Origin: a virus
Reading direction: 5' to 3' (one strand)
Virus record (IMG/VR): IMGVR_UViG_3300008954_003312
Span: 1 to 64,000 of that record
Length of the DNA stretch: 64,000 nt
The first letter of the stretch is position 1, and every line of letters begins with the position of its first letter. The notes beneath the pieces were generated by a model. The model was given only the letters and a program-made list of their open reading frames with translations. It searched no databases and was not told where the DNA came from. Made by a program: the position numbers and the translations under genes. Shown here one piece after another: positions 19,751 to 28,326 of this stretch.

Positions 19751-21001
19751 ATGAAACAAGAAGATCTCTGGGCTAACGCTTTATCACTTATGCCTCGCGG
19801 AACCCAGACAATGAGTAAGTGCCCAGATCAATTTGTTGACGGGGTTTATCCAAAATTTGCAGCCAGGGCTGAGGGTGCCTATATTTGGGATCATAAAGGT
19901 AATAAGTATTTAGACTTTATGTGCGGCCTCGGCCCAATTATACTAGGATATAATCACAAACCAACAAACAAGGCTGTAAGAGCTCAGCTAGAAAAGGGAA
20001 TTATATTTTCTTTACCGACAGTCCTTGAGCAAGAGCTTGCTAGTCTTATGGTTGAATCAATACCTTGTGCTGAGCAGGTCAGATTTGGAAAAAATGGAAC
20101 TGATGTTGATCTTGCTGCTGTTAGAATTGCTAGATCATACACTGGAAGAGAGCATATTGCCAAGTGCGGATATCACGGCTGGGGAGATTGGCATGCAATT
20201 AGCCTTAGATCGTATGGAGTCCCTAAGTCGCTAGGAGAAATAATTCATGAATTTGAATATAATAATCTCGAAAGCTTAGAGAGAGTATTAAAAAATCATG
20301 AGTGTGCTGCAGTTATAATGGAAGCTCAGGCCCTTACACCGCCAGATCCTGGTTTTCTTCAAGGAGTTAAGGATCTTTGCGGTTCATACGGCGCTCTTCT
20401 CATCTTTGATGAGGTTGTGACGGGTTTTAGATGGGATCTCGGAGGTGCTCAGTCTCACTATGGAGTAACACCTGACTTGGCATGTTTTGGAAAGGCAATG
20501 GCAAACGGATTACCAATATCAGCCATAGCTGGAAAGAGAGAGTTTATGAAAGAACTTGATCACATCTTCTTTTCAATGACATTTGGCGGTGAGTGTCTTT
20601 CACTTGCTGCTGCTATAGCAACTATTAAAGAACTTAAGAATAAAGACTATAGCCACATTTGGAATCTAGGAAGAAGGTTTGAAGAGGGAATGAACCTACT
20701 TTCAAGACAGTATGATCTTTCTATAAGCTTTTCAGGATCTGGACCAAGACATAATCTTACATTTTCAGAAGAATATAGAGATCCATCAGGAATGAAAGAT
20801 CTTTTTTATCAAGAAATGGTAAAGAGGGGCGTTTTGTTTTCTAATGTTCTTTATATAAGCTTTGCTCATACAAAGCTAGATATAGAATTTACACTAAACG
20901 CTGCTGAAGAATCTTTTAAAGTTGTTAAAGAAAATATCGATAATATTGACGCTGTTCTTGAAGGAAAGAGATCAGTTTCTGTTTTTAGGAAAAACACGTG
21001 A
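19751..21001 (+). CDS. class-III PLP aminotransferase (glutamate-semialdehyde aminomutase-like, sugar-locus subtype)
   Basis: QTMSK, GAYIWD.KGN.YLD, FGKNGTD, GYHGW, LIFDEVVTGFR, FGKAMANG (PLP lysine), TFGGE. Confidence 0.92.
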   Translation: MKQEDLWANALSLMPRGTQTMSKCPDQFVDGVYPKFAARAEGAYIWDHKGNKYLDFMCGLGPIILGYNHKPTNKAVRAQLEKGIIFSLPTVLEQELASLMVESIPCAEQVRFGKNGTDVDLAAVRIARSYTGREHIAKCGYHGWGDWHAISLRSYGVPKSLGEIIHEFEYNNLESLERVLKNHECAAVIMEAQALTPPDPGFLQGVKDLCGSYGALLIFDEVVTGFRWDLGGAQSHYGVTPDLACFGKAMANGLPISAIAGKREFMKELDHIFFSMTFGGECLSLAAAIATIKELKNKDYSHIWNLGRRFEEGMNLLSRQYDLSISFSGSGPRHNLTFSEEYRDPSGMKDLFYQEMVKRGVLFSNVLYISFAHTKLDIEFTLNAAEESFKVVKENIDNIDAVLEGKRSVSVFRKNT

Positions 21002-22023
21002 AATCATTTGTCATAGCTGAAGCAGGAGCTAATCACAATAGAGATTGGAAAATTGCCAAAAGCCTTATAAGAAGTGCAGCTAGATCAGGTTCAGATGCTG
21101 TAAAATTTCAAACATACACTTCAGAGACTCTTTACGCTAAAAATACACCTGACTTTGCAGGTTATAAAAATATTAATCAGCTAATAAAAGATATTGAGCT
21201 TCCTAGATCTTGGCAAAAAGACTTAAAGTTATTTTGTGATGATTGCGGAATAGAGTTTATGTCTACTCCCTTTGATGAAAAGGCTGTCGATGAGCTTTAT
21301 GACATCGGAGTTAAGCGATTTAAGATTTCCGGATTCGAAGCTACAGATCCAAGAATTGTTCAGCATGTTGCTAGAACTGGACTACCTATGATAATAACAA
21401 CCGGAATTAAGTGTGATATTTCTATGATGAAAAGTATTTTAGAATGGATCCAGGATGTTAATTCAGAACCAGACGTAACATTCCTGCATGGCAATCATGC
21501 CTATCCAACACCGATTTCACAGATATGTCTAGGACAGATAGGAGTTCTTAAAGATGCTTCTTTTTCTATTCCTGTTAAGATTGGAATTTCTGATCACACT
21601 AGGGGAATATTAATTCCACCTGTTGCTGTTTCTCTCGGCGCAGAAGTTGTTGAGAAACATTTTACTCTAGATAGAAATATGGAAGGCCCAGATCATCCAT
21701 TCGCTATAGAGCCCTTTGAGCTGTCTCTAATGGTTCAGAATATTAGATCAGTGGAAAAATCCATGGGTATTAGAGAAAATAAAGTTTCTGAGAGTGAATC
21801 TAGCTTTATTCATGCAACAAGATCAGTAGTAGCAAAAAGTCCACTAAAGAAAGGTGATCTGCTTTCAAGAGAAAATATAACAACAATGAGACCGTGGTTT
21901 GAAGACTCTATTCCAGCTTCAAGCTATCTAAAGATAATAAATGGAAATATTTTTATTCAGAAAGACATAGATGCTGGGACTATTTTAAAACTGTCTGATA
22001 TTTGTGAGAATAGAAATGGATAA
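20998..22023 (+). CDS. neuB: nonulosonic acid synthase, NeuB/PseI/LegI family with C-terminal SAF domain
   Basis: IAEAGANHN, AVKFQ, STPFD, KIS, YPT, SDHT, EKHFTLDR..GPDH, RSVVA...KKGD. Confidence 0.93.
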   Translation: MKSFVIAEAGANHNRDWKIAKSLIRSAARSGSDAVKFQTYTSETLYAKNTPDFAGYKNINQLIKDIELPRSWQKDLKLFCDDCGIEFMSTPFDEKAVDELYDIGVKRFKISGFEATDPRIVQHVARTGLPMIITTGIKCDISMMKSILEWIQDVNSEPDVTFLHGNHAYPTPISQICLGQIGVLKDASFSIPVKIGISDHTRGILIPPVAVSLGAEVVEKHFTLDRNMEGPDHPFAIEPFELSLMVQNIRSVEKSMGIRENKVSESESSFIHATRSVVAKSPLKKGDLLSRENITTMRPWFEDSIPASSYLKIINGNIFIQKDIDAGTILKLSDICENRNG

Positions 22024-22693
22024 ATGTGTATTTGCTTCTAAGGACAATGAATGGTCTAATGCTCTTTATGATCGTCTAATATCAAAAAATAAAGATATTT
22101 CTTGGATGAGAATCTCTAAAGAAGCAGATTTAAATGCTATTCATAGTTTTGATCCTGACTGGGTTTTCTTTTTTCACTGGTCCCAAATAGTTGACAAGGA
22201 TATTTGGGATAAACATCGATGTGTAGTTTTACATACATCAAACTTACCACATGGAAAAGGAGGAAGCCCAATACAGAACCAAATTTTAGATAATGTCATT
22301 CAAACTAAGGTCAATGCTATTGAAATGACTGATAAAGTAGATTCTGGAAAGATTTATTGTAATAGGCTGATTACTCTTCAAGGAACTTTAAGGGATATAT
22401 GGATGACTATAGCGATTCAGTCATATGGATTGATTATAAAATGCATAAAAGAAAATCCCAGACCTGAAGAACAAAAAAAAGAATCTGTCATAAAAACTTA
22501 CAAGAGAAGAAGAAGTAGCAATATTGATCTTAACTGTACTTTAAATCAAGCTTATAATCAAATTAGAATGCTTGACGGTGAGGGATATCCAAGATCAAAT
22601 ATAAAGATGGGAAATTTTATTATAGAGTTTTCTAGAGCTGGATTTGATAATAGTGGTAATCTAATTTGTGATGCAAGATTTAAAAAAGTATAA
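22016..22693 (+). CDS. N10-formyl-THF-dependent formyltransferase (sugar N-formyltransferase, Fmt-like)
   Basis: FFFHWS, HTSNLP.GKGGSP.QNQI, VDSGKIY, IRMLDGEGYP. Confidence 0.85.
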   Translation: MDKCVFASKDNEWSNALYDRLISKNKDISWMRISKEADLNAIHSFDPDWVFFFHWSQIVDKDIWDKHRCVVLHTSNLPHGKGGSPIQNQILDNVIQTKVNAIEMTDKVDSGKIYCNRLITLQGTLRDIWMTIAIQSYGLIIKCIKENPRPEEQKKESVIKTYKRRRSSNIDLNCTLNQAYNQIRMLDGEGYPRSNIKMGNFIIEFSRAGFDNSGNLICDARFKKV

Positions 22694-23342
22694 AAATGTC
22701 TTAGTCCTGGCAGCGCATCCTGATGACGAGACGCTGGGGTGTGGAGGCACTATTTCAAAACTTTCATCCCTGGGCTCTATAGTTAGGCTTTTAACATTTA
22801 CTGACGGGATAAGCGCAAGAGAGCCCGGTCAGAGAGTTTCTCATCTTTCTCAAGTTTCTCAAAGATTGGGAATATTTCAATATAAGTCTTTTGATTTTCC
22901 TGATAATAAGATGGATTCCATACCCATTTTAGATGTTGTAAAGAAAATAGAAAAATACATGGATGATGAATCTTTTAGGCCTGATTTAGTTCTAACACAT
23001 TCTCCGTTTTGCTTGAACATTGATCATAAAGTTGTATATAATGCAACTATAACTGTATTTAGAGGTTTAGATATTTTTAGCCCTATAAAGATTATGTCCT
23101 ATGAAGTTCCATCTTCTTCTGAGTGGAACTCACTTTCTAGCTTTGTTCCAAATTGCTATATTGACATCAAGTCTCAGCTAGAAGATAAGCTTGAAGCACT
23201 TTCTTTTTATAAAGATGAAATGAGAAATCATCCTCACCCTAGGTCATTTGAGAATATTAAAAGGCTTGCATCTGTCTATGGATCTCAATGTGGATTAGAG
23301 CTAGCTGAAAGATTTATGATTATTAGAGAGGTAATTAAGTGA
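22671..23342 (+). CDS. PIG-L/LmbE-family N-acetylsugar deacetylase
   Basis: AAHPDDETLGCGG, TDG, FPDNKMD, NIDH, YEVPSS.EW, HPRS, AERF. Confidence 0.9.
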   Translation: MQDLKKYKNVLVLAAHPDDETLGCGGTISKLSSLGSIVRLLTFTDGISAREPGQRVSHLSQVSQRLGIFQYKSFDFPDNKMDSIPILDVVKKIEKYMDDESFRPDLVLTHSPFCLNIDHKVVYNATITVFRGLDIFSPIKIMSYEVPSSSEWNSLSSFVPNCYIDIKSQLEDKLEALSFYKDEMRNHPHPRSFENIKRLASVYGSQCGLELAERFMIIREVIK

Positions 23343-23872
23343 TTAAGGGAGAAAAATGTTTTCTTACAGCAGTTAATCCAGATTCAATAGAGACTTTAAG
23401 GAACTGGAGAAACAATCCTAAGCTAAGAAGATACTTTAGGGAATTTAGAGAGATTAGCAAGCCTATGCAGGAATCCTGGTATAGAGATAGAGTTCTAAAC
23501 AATCCAAATCAATTTGATTTTGAAATACGAGATAAAGAAACAGGAAGCCTAATCGGACATTGTGGTCTTTATTACGTTAACTGGGTTAGTCGATCAGCAG
23601 AGTTTACTATATACATTGGTGACTTTAGCTTTAGGGGACAGGGAATAGGAAGTGATGCGCTTAGATCACTAATAAGATATGGATTTGATGATTTAAACCT
23701 TAATAGGATATGGTGCGAGGTTTATTCTAACAATGATGCTATTCACATTTATGAAAAAATTGGATTTATTAAAGAGGGTGTTATGAGAGATCAGTACTAT
23801 AGTGAAGGAAAGTATTGGGATAGTACAATCTTATCAATGCTTAGCAGTGATTGGAAAAAAGAGCTTTCTTAG
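23339..23872 (+). CDS. RimJ/RimL-type GNAT N-acetyltransferase, PseH-like
   Basis: WRN.P, RGQGIG (acetyl-CoA loop), YGF..LNLNRI..EV...N..AI..YEKIGF..EG. Confidence 0.88.
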   Translation: MIKGEKCFLTAVNPDSIETLRNWRNNPKLRRYFREFREISKPMQESWYRDRVLNNPNQFDFEIRDKETGSLIGHCGLYYVNWVSRSAEFTIYIGDFSFRGQGIGSDALRSLIRYGFDDLNLNRIWCEVYSNNDAIHIYEKIGFIKEGVMRDQYYSEGKYWDSTILSMLSSDWKKELS

Positions 23873-23881
23873 GATGTTAAA

Positions 23882-24748
23882 ATGAGTTTTAAATATAATA
23901 TAGGAATTATTGGAAATGGATTTGTGGGATCATCGATCACTGCTGGATTTGGCTTACATGCAAATATAAAGATATATGATAAGAATCCATCTAAGTCTAT
24001 GAATTCAATTGAAGACACAGTAAATAATTCTGATTTCATATTTGTATCAGTTCCGACTCCCATGAGAAATGTAACAGGTGGAAAGATTGATTTATTGATA
24101 ATGGATTCTGTTTTTGAGGAGATAAGCAGAGTTAATAAAAGAGATGATAATATCTTTATAGTTAAGTCTACTGTTGTTCCTGGGACTGTTGAAAGATATG
24201 TTGAGATGTATCCGAAAATGAATATTATATTTAGTCCTGAATTCTTAACGGAAAGAGCAGCTAGACTTGACTTTATTAATACAGCTAGAATAGTCCTAGG
24301 GGGAGACATGGCGCTTCTCGATAGGGCTGAGAGTTTATTTAGAGAAAGATTTCCTCACACTAAGATTATAAAAACAGATCTTGCCACAGCGCAATTTATA
24401 AAGTACATGGCGAACTGTTTCTTCTCAGTTAAGCTTTCTTTTATGAATGAGATGCTTCAAGCTGCAGAGGCATTTCAAGTAGACTGGGCTAGAGCGATTG
24501 AGGGATTTATTACAGACGGCAGAATTGGAAATTCGCATATTGACATTCCGGGACATGATGGATCGAGAGGTTTCGGTGGCAAATGCTTTCCAAAAGATCT
24601 TAATGCATTTATTGGCTTTTTTGAAGATGTGGGTGTTGATCCTACGGTTATGAAAGCTGCCTGGAGAAAAAATTTGGAAGTTAGAGATGATCACGACTGG
24701 GCTACAATAGAGGGCGCTGTAAGTGAAAATACTAAAGAAGGAGACTAG
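23882..24748 (+). CDS. short UDP-glucose/GDP-mannose 6-dehydrogenase-family protein
   Basis: GNGFVG, VPTP, KSTVVPGT, SPEFL, KYMAN, GFGGKCFPKD; ends before the usual C-terminal domain. Confidence 0.88.
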   Translation: MSFKYNIGIIGNGFVGSSITAGFGLHANIKIYDKNPSKSMNSIEDTVNNSDFIFVSVPTPMRNVTGGKIDLLIMDSVFEEISRVNKRDDNIFIVKSTVVPGTVERYVEMYPKMNIIFSPEFLTERAARLDFINTARIVLGGDMALLDRAESLFRERFPHTKIIKTDLATAQFIKYMANCFFSVKLSFMNEMLQAAEAFQVDWARAIEGFITDGRIGNSHIDIPGHDGSRGFGGKCFPKDLNAFIGFFEDVGVDPTVMKAAWRKNLEVRDDHDWATIEGAVSENTKEGD

Positions 24749-24753
24749 AACTT

Positions 24754-25554
24754 ATGAATAATTTTCCAACTGGAAAGCCTCACATTTCTTTTTCTGAGAT
24801 AAAACAGTGGAAGGAATGCCCGTGGAGGCACAAGCTTTTGTATATTGATAAGATTGATCTATTTGAACCCTCACCCCATCTTGACTATGGGACTAGCGTT
24901 CACAATGCCTGTGAAAGCTATTTAAAGACTGGTCAGATGATAACTGAATCAGCAGAAATAGAAATTCGAGAAGCATTTGAAAAAAATGGAAAAACATGGT
25001 ATGAACAAGGTCATCCTCATGTTGACACCTGGGTAGATTGGGCCAAGGTTAGCCTTGATGCTCTCCCAGCATATTTTGATGAGATGTTCGGAGATTGGCA
25101 AGCAGTCGAGGCTGAAGAGTATCTTTATGAAGAGATCGAGGGTAAAGAGATAAAGTTTAAAGGTTTTATTGATGCCATTATTAAAACTAAGAACAAAAAA
25201 GGAAAAGAAATCTATTGGATTCTTGACTATAAGACAGCACCTAAATATGGCTGGCGTCGAGAGAAAAAGCAGAGCATTCTTATGACAGCCCAGTTAATTC
25301 TATATAAGCACTTTTGGGCTAGAAAGCACTCTGTGGCCCTCGAAGACATTCGATGCGGTTTTATATTAATGAAGAGAGGAAGTAAGCCAGAGAAGTCCTG
25401 TGAGCTTGTAGCAGTATCTGTGGGACCAAAGACACTAGAGCGAGGAATAAAAATGATGAATAACATGATATATTCTGTTAAGACAAGAATGTTTCTAAAA
25501 AATAGAGATTCTTGTAAGTGGTGTCAGTATAAGAATACTAATCATTGTACTTGA
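24754..25554 (+). CDS. PD-(D/E)XK exonuclease, Cas4/AddB-like with four-Cys Fe-S staple
   Basis: ISFS......CP, GT.VH, E, GFID, ILDYKT, QL..Y, terminal CKWCQY....HC. Confidence 0.88.
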   Translation: MNNFPTGKPHISFSEIKQWKECPWRHKLLYIDKIDLFEPSPHLDYGTSVHNACESYLKTGQMITESAEIEIREAFEKNGKTWYEQGHPHVDTWVDWAKVSLDALPAYFDEMFGDWQAVEAEEYLYEEIEGKEIKFKGFIDAIIKTKNKKGKEIYWILDYKTAPKYGWRREKKQSILMTAQLILYKHFWARKHSVALEDIRCGFILMKRGSKPEKSCELVAVSVGPKTLERGIKMMNNMIYSVKTRMFLKNRDSCKWCQYKNTNHCT

Positions 25555-25599
25555 TTTACTGGATGTTATCTAAGGGTAATATTTCCTATAGGAGAATAC

Positions 25600-26844
25600 A
25601 TGGAAAAGAAAAAGGTTTTAATTCTATCTGATCATGCTCTTTCAACATCAGGTGTTGGAACTCAGACAAGACATTTAGTCTCAGGGCTATTAGAAAAAGA
25701 ATTTTGGACTTTTAGACAGTTTGGAGCTGCATTAAAGCATTCAGACTATAGAACTGTTGTTGTTAATGATGATTTTATAATTAAGCCCATTGACGGATTT
25801 GGAAATAGAGATCTAATAAGGATTACTCTTGCTACAGAGAGGCCTGAAATTCTTTTTATATTTACTGATCCAAGATTCTTTATTTGGCTTTTTGAAATGG
25901 AGGACGAAGTTCATCAGGTATGTCCCGTTGCTTGGTGGCATGTCTGGGACAATCTTCCCTATCCTAATTACAATCAGGAGCTTTATGACTCAACTGATCT
26001 AATAAATTGTCATTCATATCTAACATATCAGATGTGCAATGATCATTTTTCTGAAAAGACAAACTTTATTCCACATTCAATTCCAGAAAATATATTTTTT
26101 CCGCTACCAGATGTTCAAAAGAAACAGTTTAAAGAACAGATACTTGGAAAAGATAGAGTAGATCATTTCGTTGGTATCTGGGTAAATAGAAATGCAAAAA
26201 GAAAAAGACCCAGTGATGTCATCGAGTCCTGGAAGATATTTTTAGATGACATTGAAAAGAAGCACGGTCATAGAAATGCAACACTTATAATGCATACAGA
26301 CCCACAGGATCCAGAAGGCCCAAATCTTTTTATGGTTACAGAGCTATTTGGAGTTCAGAATAACATATTCTTTTCAAAGGAAAGACTTGACTTTGACAAG
26401 ATGAATATTCTTTACAATATTTCAGATTTTTGTCTAAATGTAAGCTACGCTGAGGGATTCGGGCTTACTACACTAGAAGCTATGCAGTCTGGAATACCAA
26501 TAGTTGCTGCCAAGACTGGTGGGCTGACTAGGCAAGTCGTTGATCATAGGGATGGTTCAGAAAATGGAATTGCTCTTGATATAGAGTTGCAAACACTAGT
26601 AGGATCTCAGCAGGTTCCATACATCTATGAAGATTATGTTTCTTGTCAGTCTATTGCAAATGGAATACAGTCGCTTTATGAAATGCCTGAAAAAAAGAAA
26701 AAGAAGCTAGGAGAGAAAGCAAGAAACTATGTTCTCTCTGAGTTTGCATATCAGGATACAGTTGATAAGTGGCACAGTACCATGAAAGATCTTGTTGAAA
26801 ATTGGAAAGATGAATACAAGAGCTGGGAATGCATAGAGATTTAA
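25600..26844 (+). CDS. GT4-family glycosyltransferase
   Basis: LSDH...TSGVG, IPHS, NRN.KRKR, EGFGLTTLEAMQSGIP, TGGL; AGGAG RBS. Confidence 0.92.
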   Translation: MEKKKVLILSDHALSTSGVGTQTRHLVSGLLEKEFWTFRQFGAALKHSDYRTVVVNDDFIIKPIDGFGNRDLIRITLATERPEILFIFTDPRFFIWLFEMEDEVHQVCPVAWWHVWDNLPYPNYNQELYDSTDLINCHSYLTYQMCNDHFSEKTNFIPHSIPENIFFPLPDVQKKQFKEQILGKDRVDHFVGIWVNRNAKRKRPSDVIESWKIFLDDIEKKHGHRNATLIMHTDPQDPEGPNLFMVTELFGVQNNIFFSKERLDFDKMNILYNISDFCLNVSYAEGFGLTTLEAMQSGIPIVAAKTGGLTRQVVDHRDGSENGIALDIELQTLVGSQQVPYIYEDYVSCQSIANGIQSLYEMPEKKKKKLGEKARNYVLSEFAYQDTVDKWHSTMKDLVENWKDEYKSWECIEI

Positions 26845-26860
26845 TTTGGAGATATGATAA

Positions 26861-28024
26861 TTGATTAAGGTTTTATTAAGAGCACCCGTTTTAACTGTAA
26901 GCGGCTATGGAATTCACTCAAGACAGGTTTTTAAGTGGCTAGAGTCTAGAAAGAATGTAGACTTGTATGTCCAGCCGTTAAACTGGGGAAATACAACGTG
27001 GCTTATTAATCCAGACATAGAAGATGGTCTAGTGAGTAGAATAATGGAAAAGTCAAGAGAGCACAATGGAAAGTATGACATCTCTTTCCAAGTCCAGCTC
27101 CCAGATGAGTGGGACACCTCTCTAGCTAAAAAGAATGTTGGAATTTCTGCTTTTGTTGAGACAGATAGATGTAATCCAAAATGGATAGATTCAATTAATA
27201 GCATGGATGCTGTTATTGTGCCAACAACACACACAAGAGATATTATTAAAAACACTGGATCTACAAGAACACCTATACATGTAATTCCCGAGTCTTATTT
27301 GGATAAAATAGATGACAGTGAAATTTTACCACTTGACCTTCCTATAAAGACAGATTTTAACTTTTTAGTTGTTGGTCAGTTTACTGGAAATGATCCGTGG
27401 AATGATAGAAAAAATATTTTTTATACAATTAAATGGTTTTGCGAAGCGTTTAGAGATGATCCTGATGTAGGCTTGATAGTAAAATCTAATCACGGCAGGA
27501 GTACAAGAATCGATAGAAGGATAACAAAATCTGCACTAAAGGGGATATTAGATGAAGTAAGGATCGGTCCATTTCCAAGAGTCCATCTTCTACATGGTCT
27601 AATGAGTGAAGAGGACATGACTGGTCTATATAGAAGAGACGATGTTAAGTGTCTTATAAGTTTGACAAGAGGAGAGGGATTTGGACTCCCGATGCTAGAA
27701 GCAGCTGCCTCTGGGATTCCTGTAATTGCAACTAACTGGTCAGGTCATTTAGACTTTCTTGGTCTTGGAAAGTTCTTACCTATAAACTATTCTCTTGGTG
27801 AGATACCGGAAAATAAGCCCGATGATAGAATATTTTTTAAGGGAATGAGATGGGCACAGCCCAGTGAGGAAGATTTTAAGAAAAAGGTCGTTAAATTCAG
27901 ACAAAAGCCCAGTCTTCCTACTAAGTGGGCAGATGATCTATCTAAAAAGATCAAGAATAAGTTCTCTATCAGTGAAATCTGTAGAGAATATGATAGGTTT
28001 CTACATCGGGAATTTAACATATGA
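26861..28024 (+). CDS. GT4-family glycosyltransferase
   Basis: APV.TVSGYG.HSR, ET, RKN, RGEGFGLPMLEAAASG.PVIAT.WSGH.DF; TTG start. Confidence 0.92.
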   Translation: MIKVLLRAPVLTVSGYGIHSRQVFKWLESRKNVDLYVQPLNWGNTTWLINPDIEDGLVSRIMEKSREHNGKYDISFQVQLPDEWDTSLAKKNVGISAFVETDRCNPKWIDSINSMDAVIVPTTHTRDIIKNTGSTRTPIHVIPESYLDKIDDSEILPLDLPIKTDFNFLVVGQFTGNDPWNDRKNIFYTIKWFCEAFRDDPDVGLIVKSNHGRSTRIDRRITKSALKGILDEVRIGPFPRVHLLHGLMSEEDMTGLYRRDDVKCLISLTRGEGFGLPMLEAAASGIPVIATNWSGHLDFLGLGKFLPINYSLGEIPENKPDDRIFFKGMRWAQPSEEDFKKKVVKFRQKPSLPTKWADDLSKKIKNKFSISEICREYDRFLHREFNI

Positions 28025-28317
28025 CATCTCTTGAGATAATTCTGATTGTAGTTTGTCTCTTTCTTCTAGTTTTGACTCTCGTTTCTTTTTATTTTAATTT
28101 AAAGTTTGGTAAATTAATTTTAGATTTACAGGATTCAATAGAGGGATCTCTTGACGTTCTTGACAGAGGGTATTTATCAATGTCTAAAGTTCTTGAAAAG
28201 CCTATTTTTTTTGACTCTTTAGAGATTAGACAGGTAGTTTCAGAAATTAAGAAATGTCGTGACTCTATATTGCTTGTTGCAAATAATATGACATCTAATT
28301 TTGAAAACAATAATTAA
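28021..28317 (+). CDS. small single-pass membrane protein with a C-terminal helical/coiled-coil tail
   Basis: Hydrophobic stretch IILIVVCLFLLVLTLVSFYF; ATGA overlap with the upstream stop. Confidence 0.6.
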   Translation: MTSLEIILIVVCLFLLVLTLVSFYFNLKFGKLILDLQDSIEGSLDVLDRGYLSMSKVLEKPIFFDSLEIRQVVSEIKKCRDSILLVANNMTSNFENNN

Positions 28318-28326
28318 AATCTATTA

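Noticed and set aside
19751-21001. hemL (tetrapyrrole synthesis)
   Set aside because: Same fold, but it sits between cytidylyltransferase/oxidoreductase and NeuB genes with no other hem genes, which favours a sugar aminotransferase.
22016-22693. Methionyl-tRNA formyltransferase (fmt)
   Set aside because: Too short, lacks the full tRNA-binding C-terminal domain, and is embedded in a sugar pathway.
24754-25554. CRISPR-Cas locus
   Set aside because: No repeat-spacer array or other cas genes seen in the window.
1-28024. Bacterial O-antigen/capsule locus next to a prophage
   Set aside because: No wzx/wzy/wzz/ABC or priming transferase, no integrase or att-like boundary, and seamless co-oriented packing into phage genes. 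Cannot be fully excluded without the upstream sequence.
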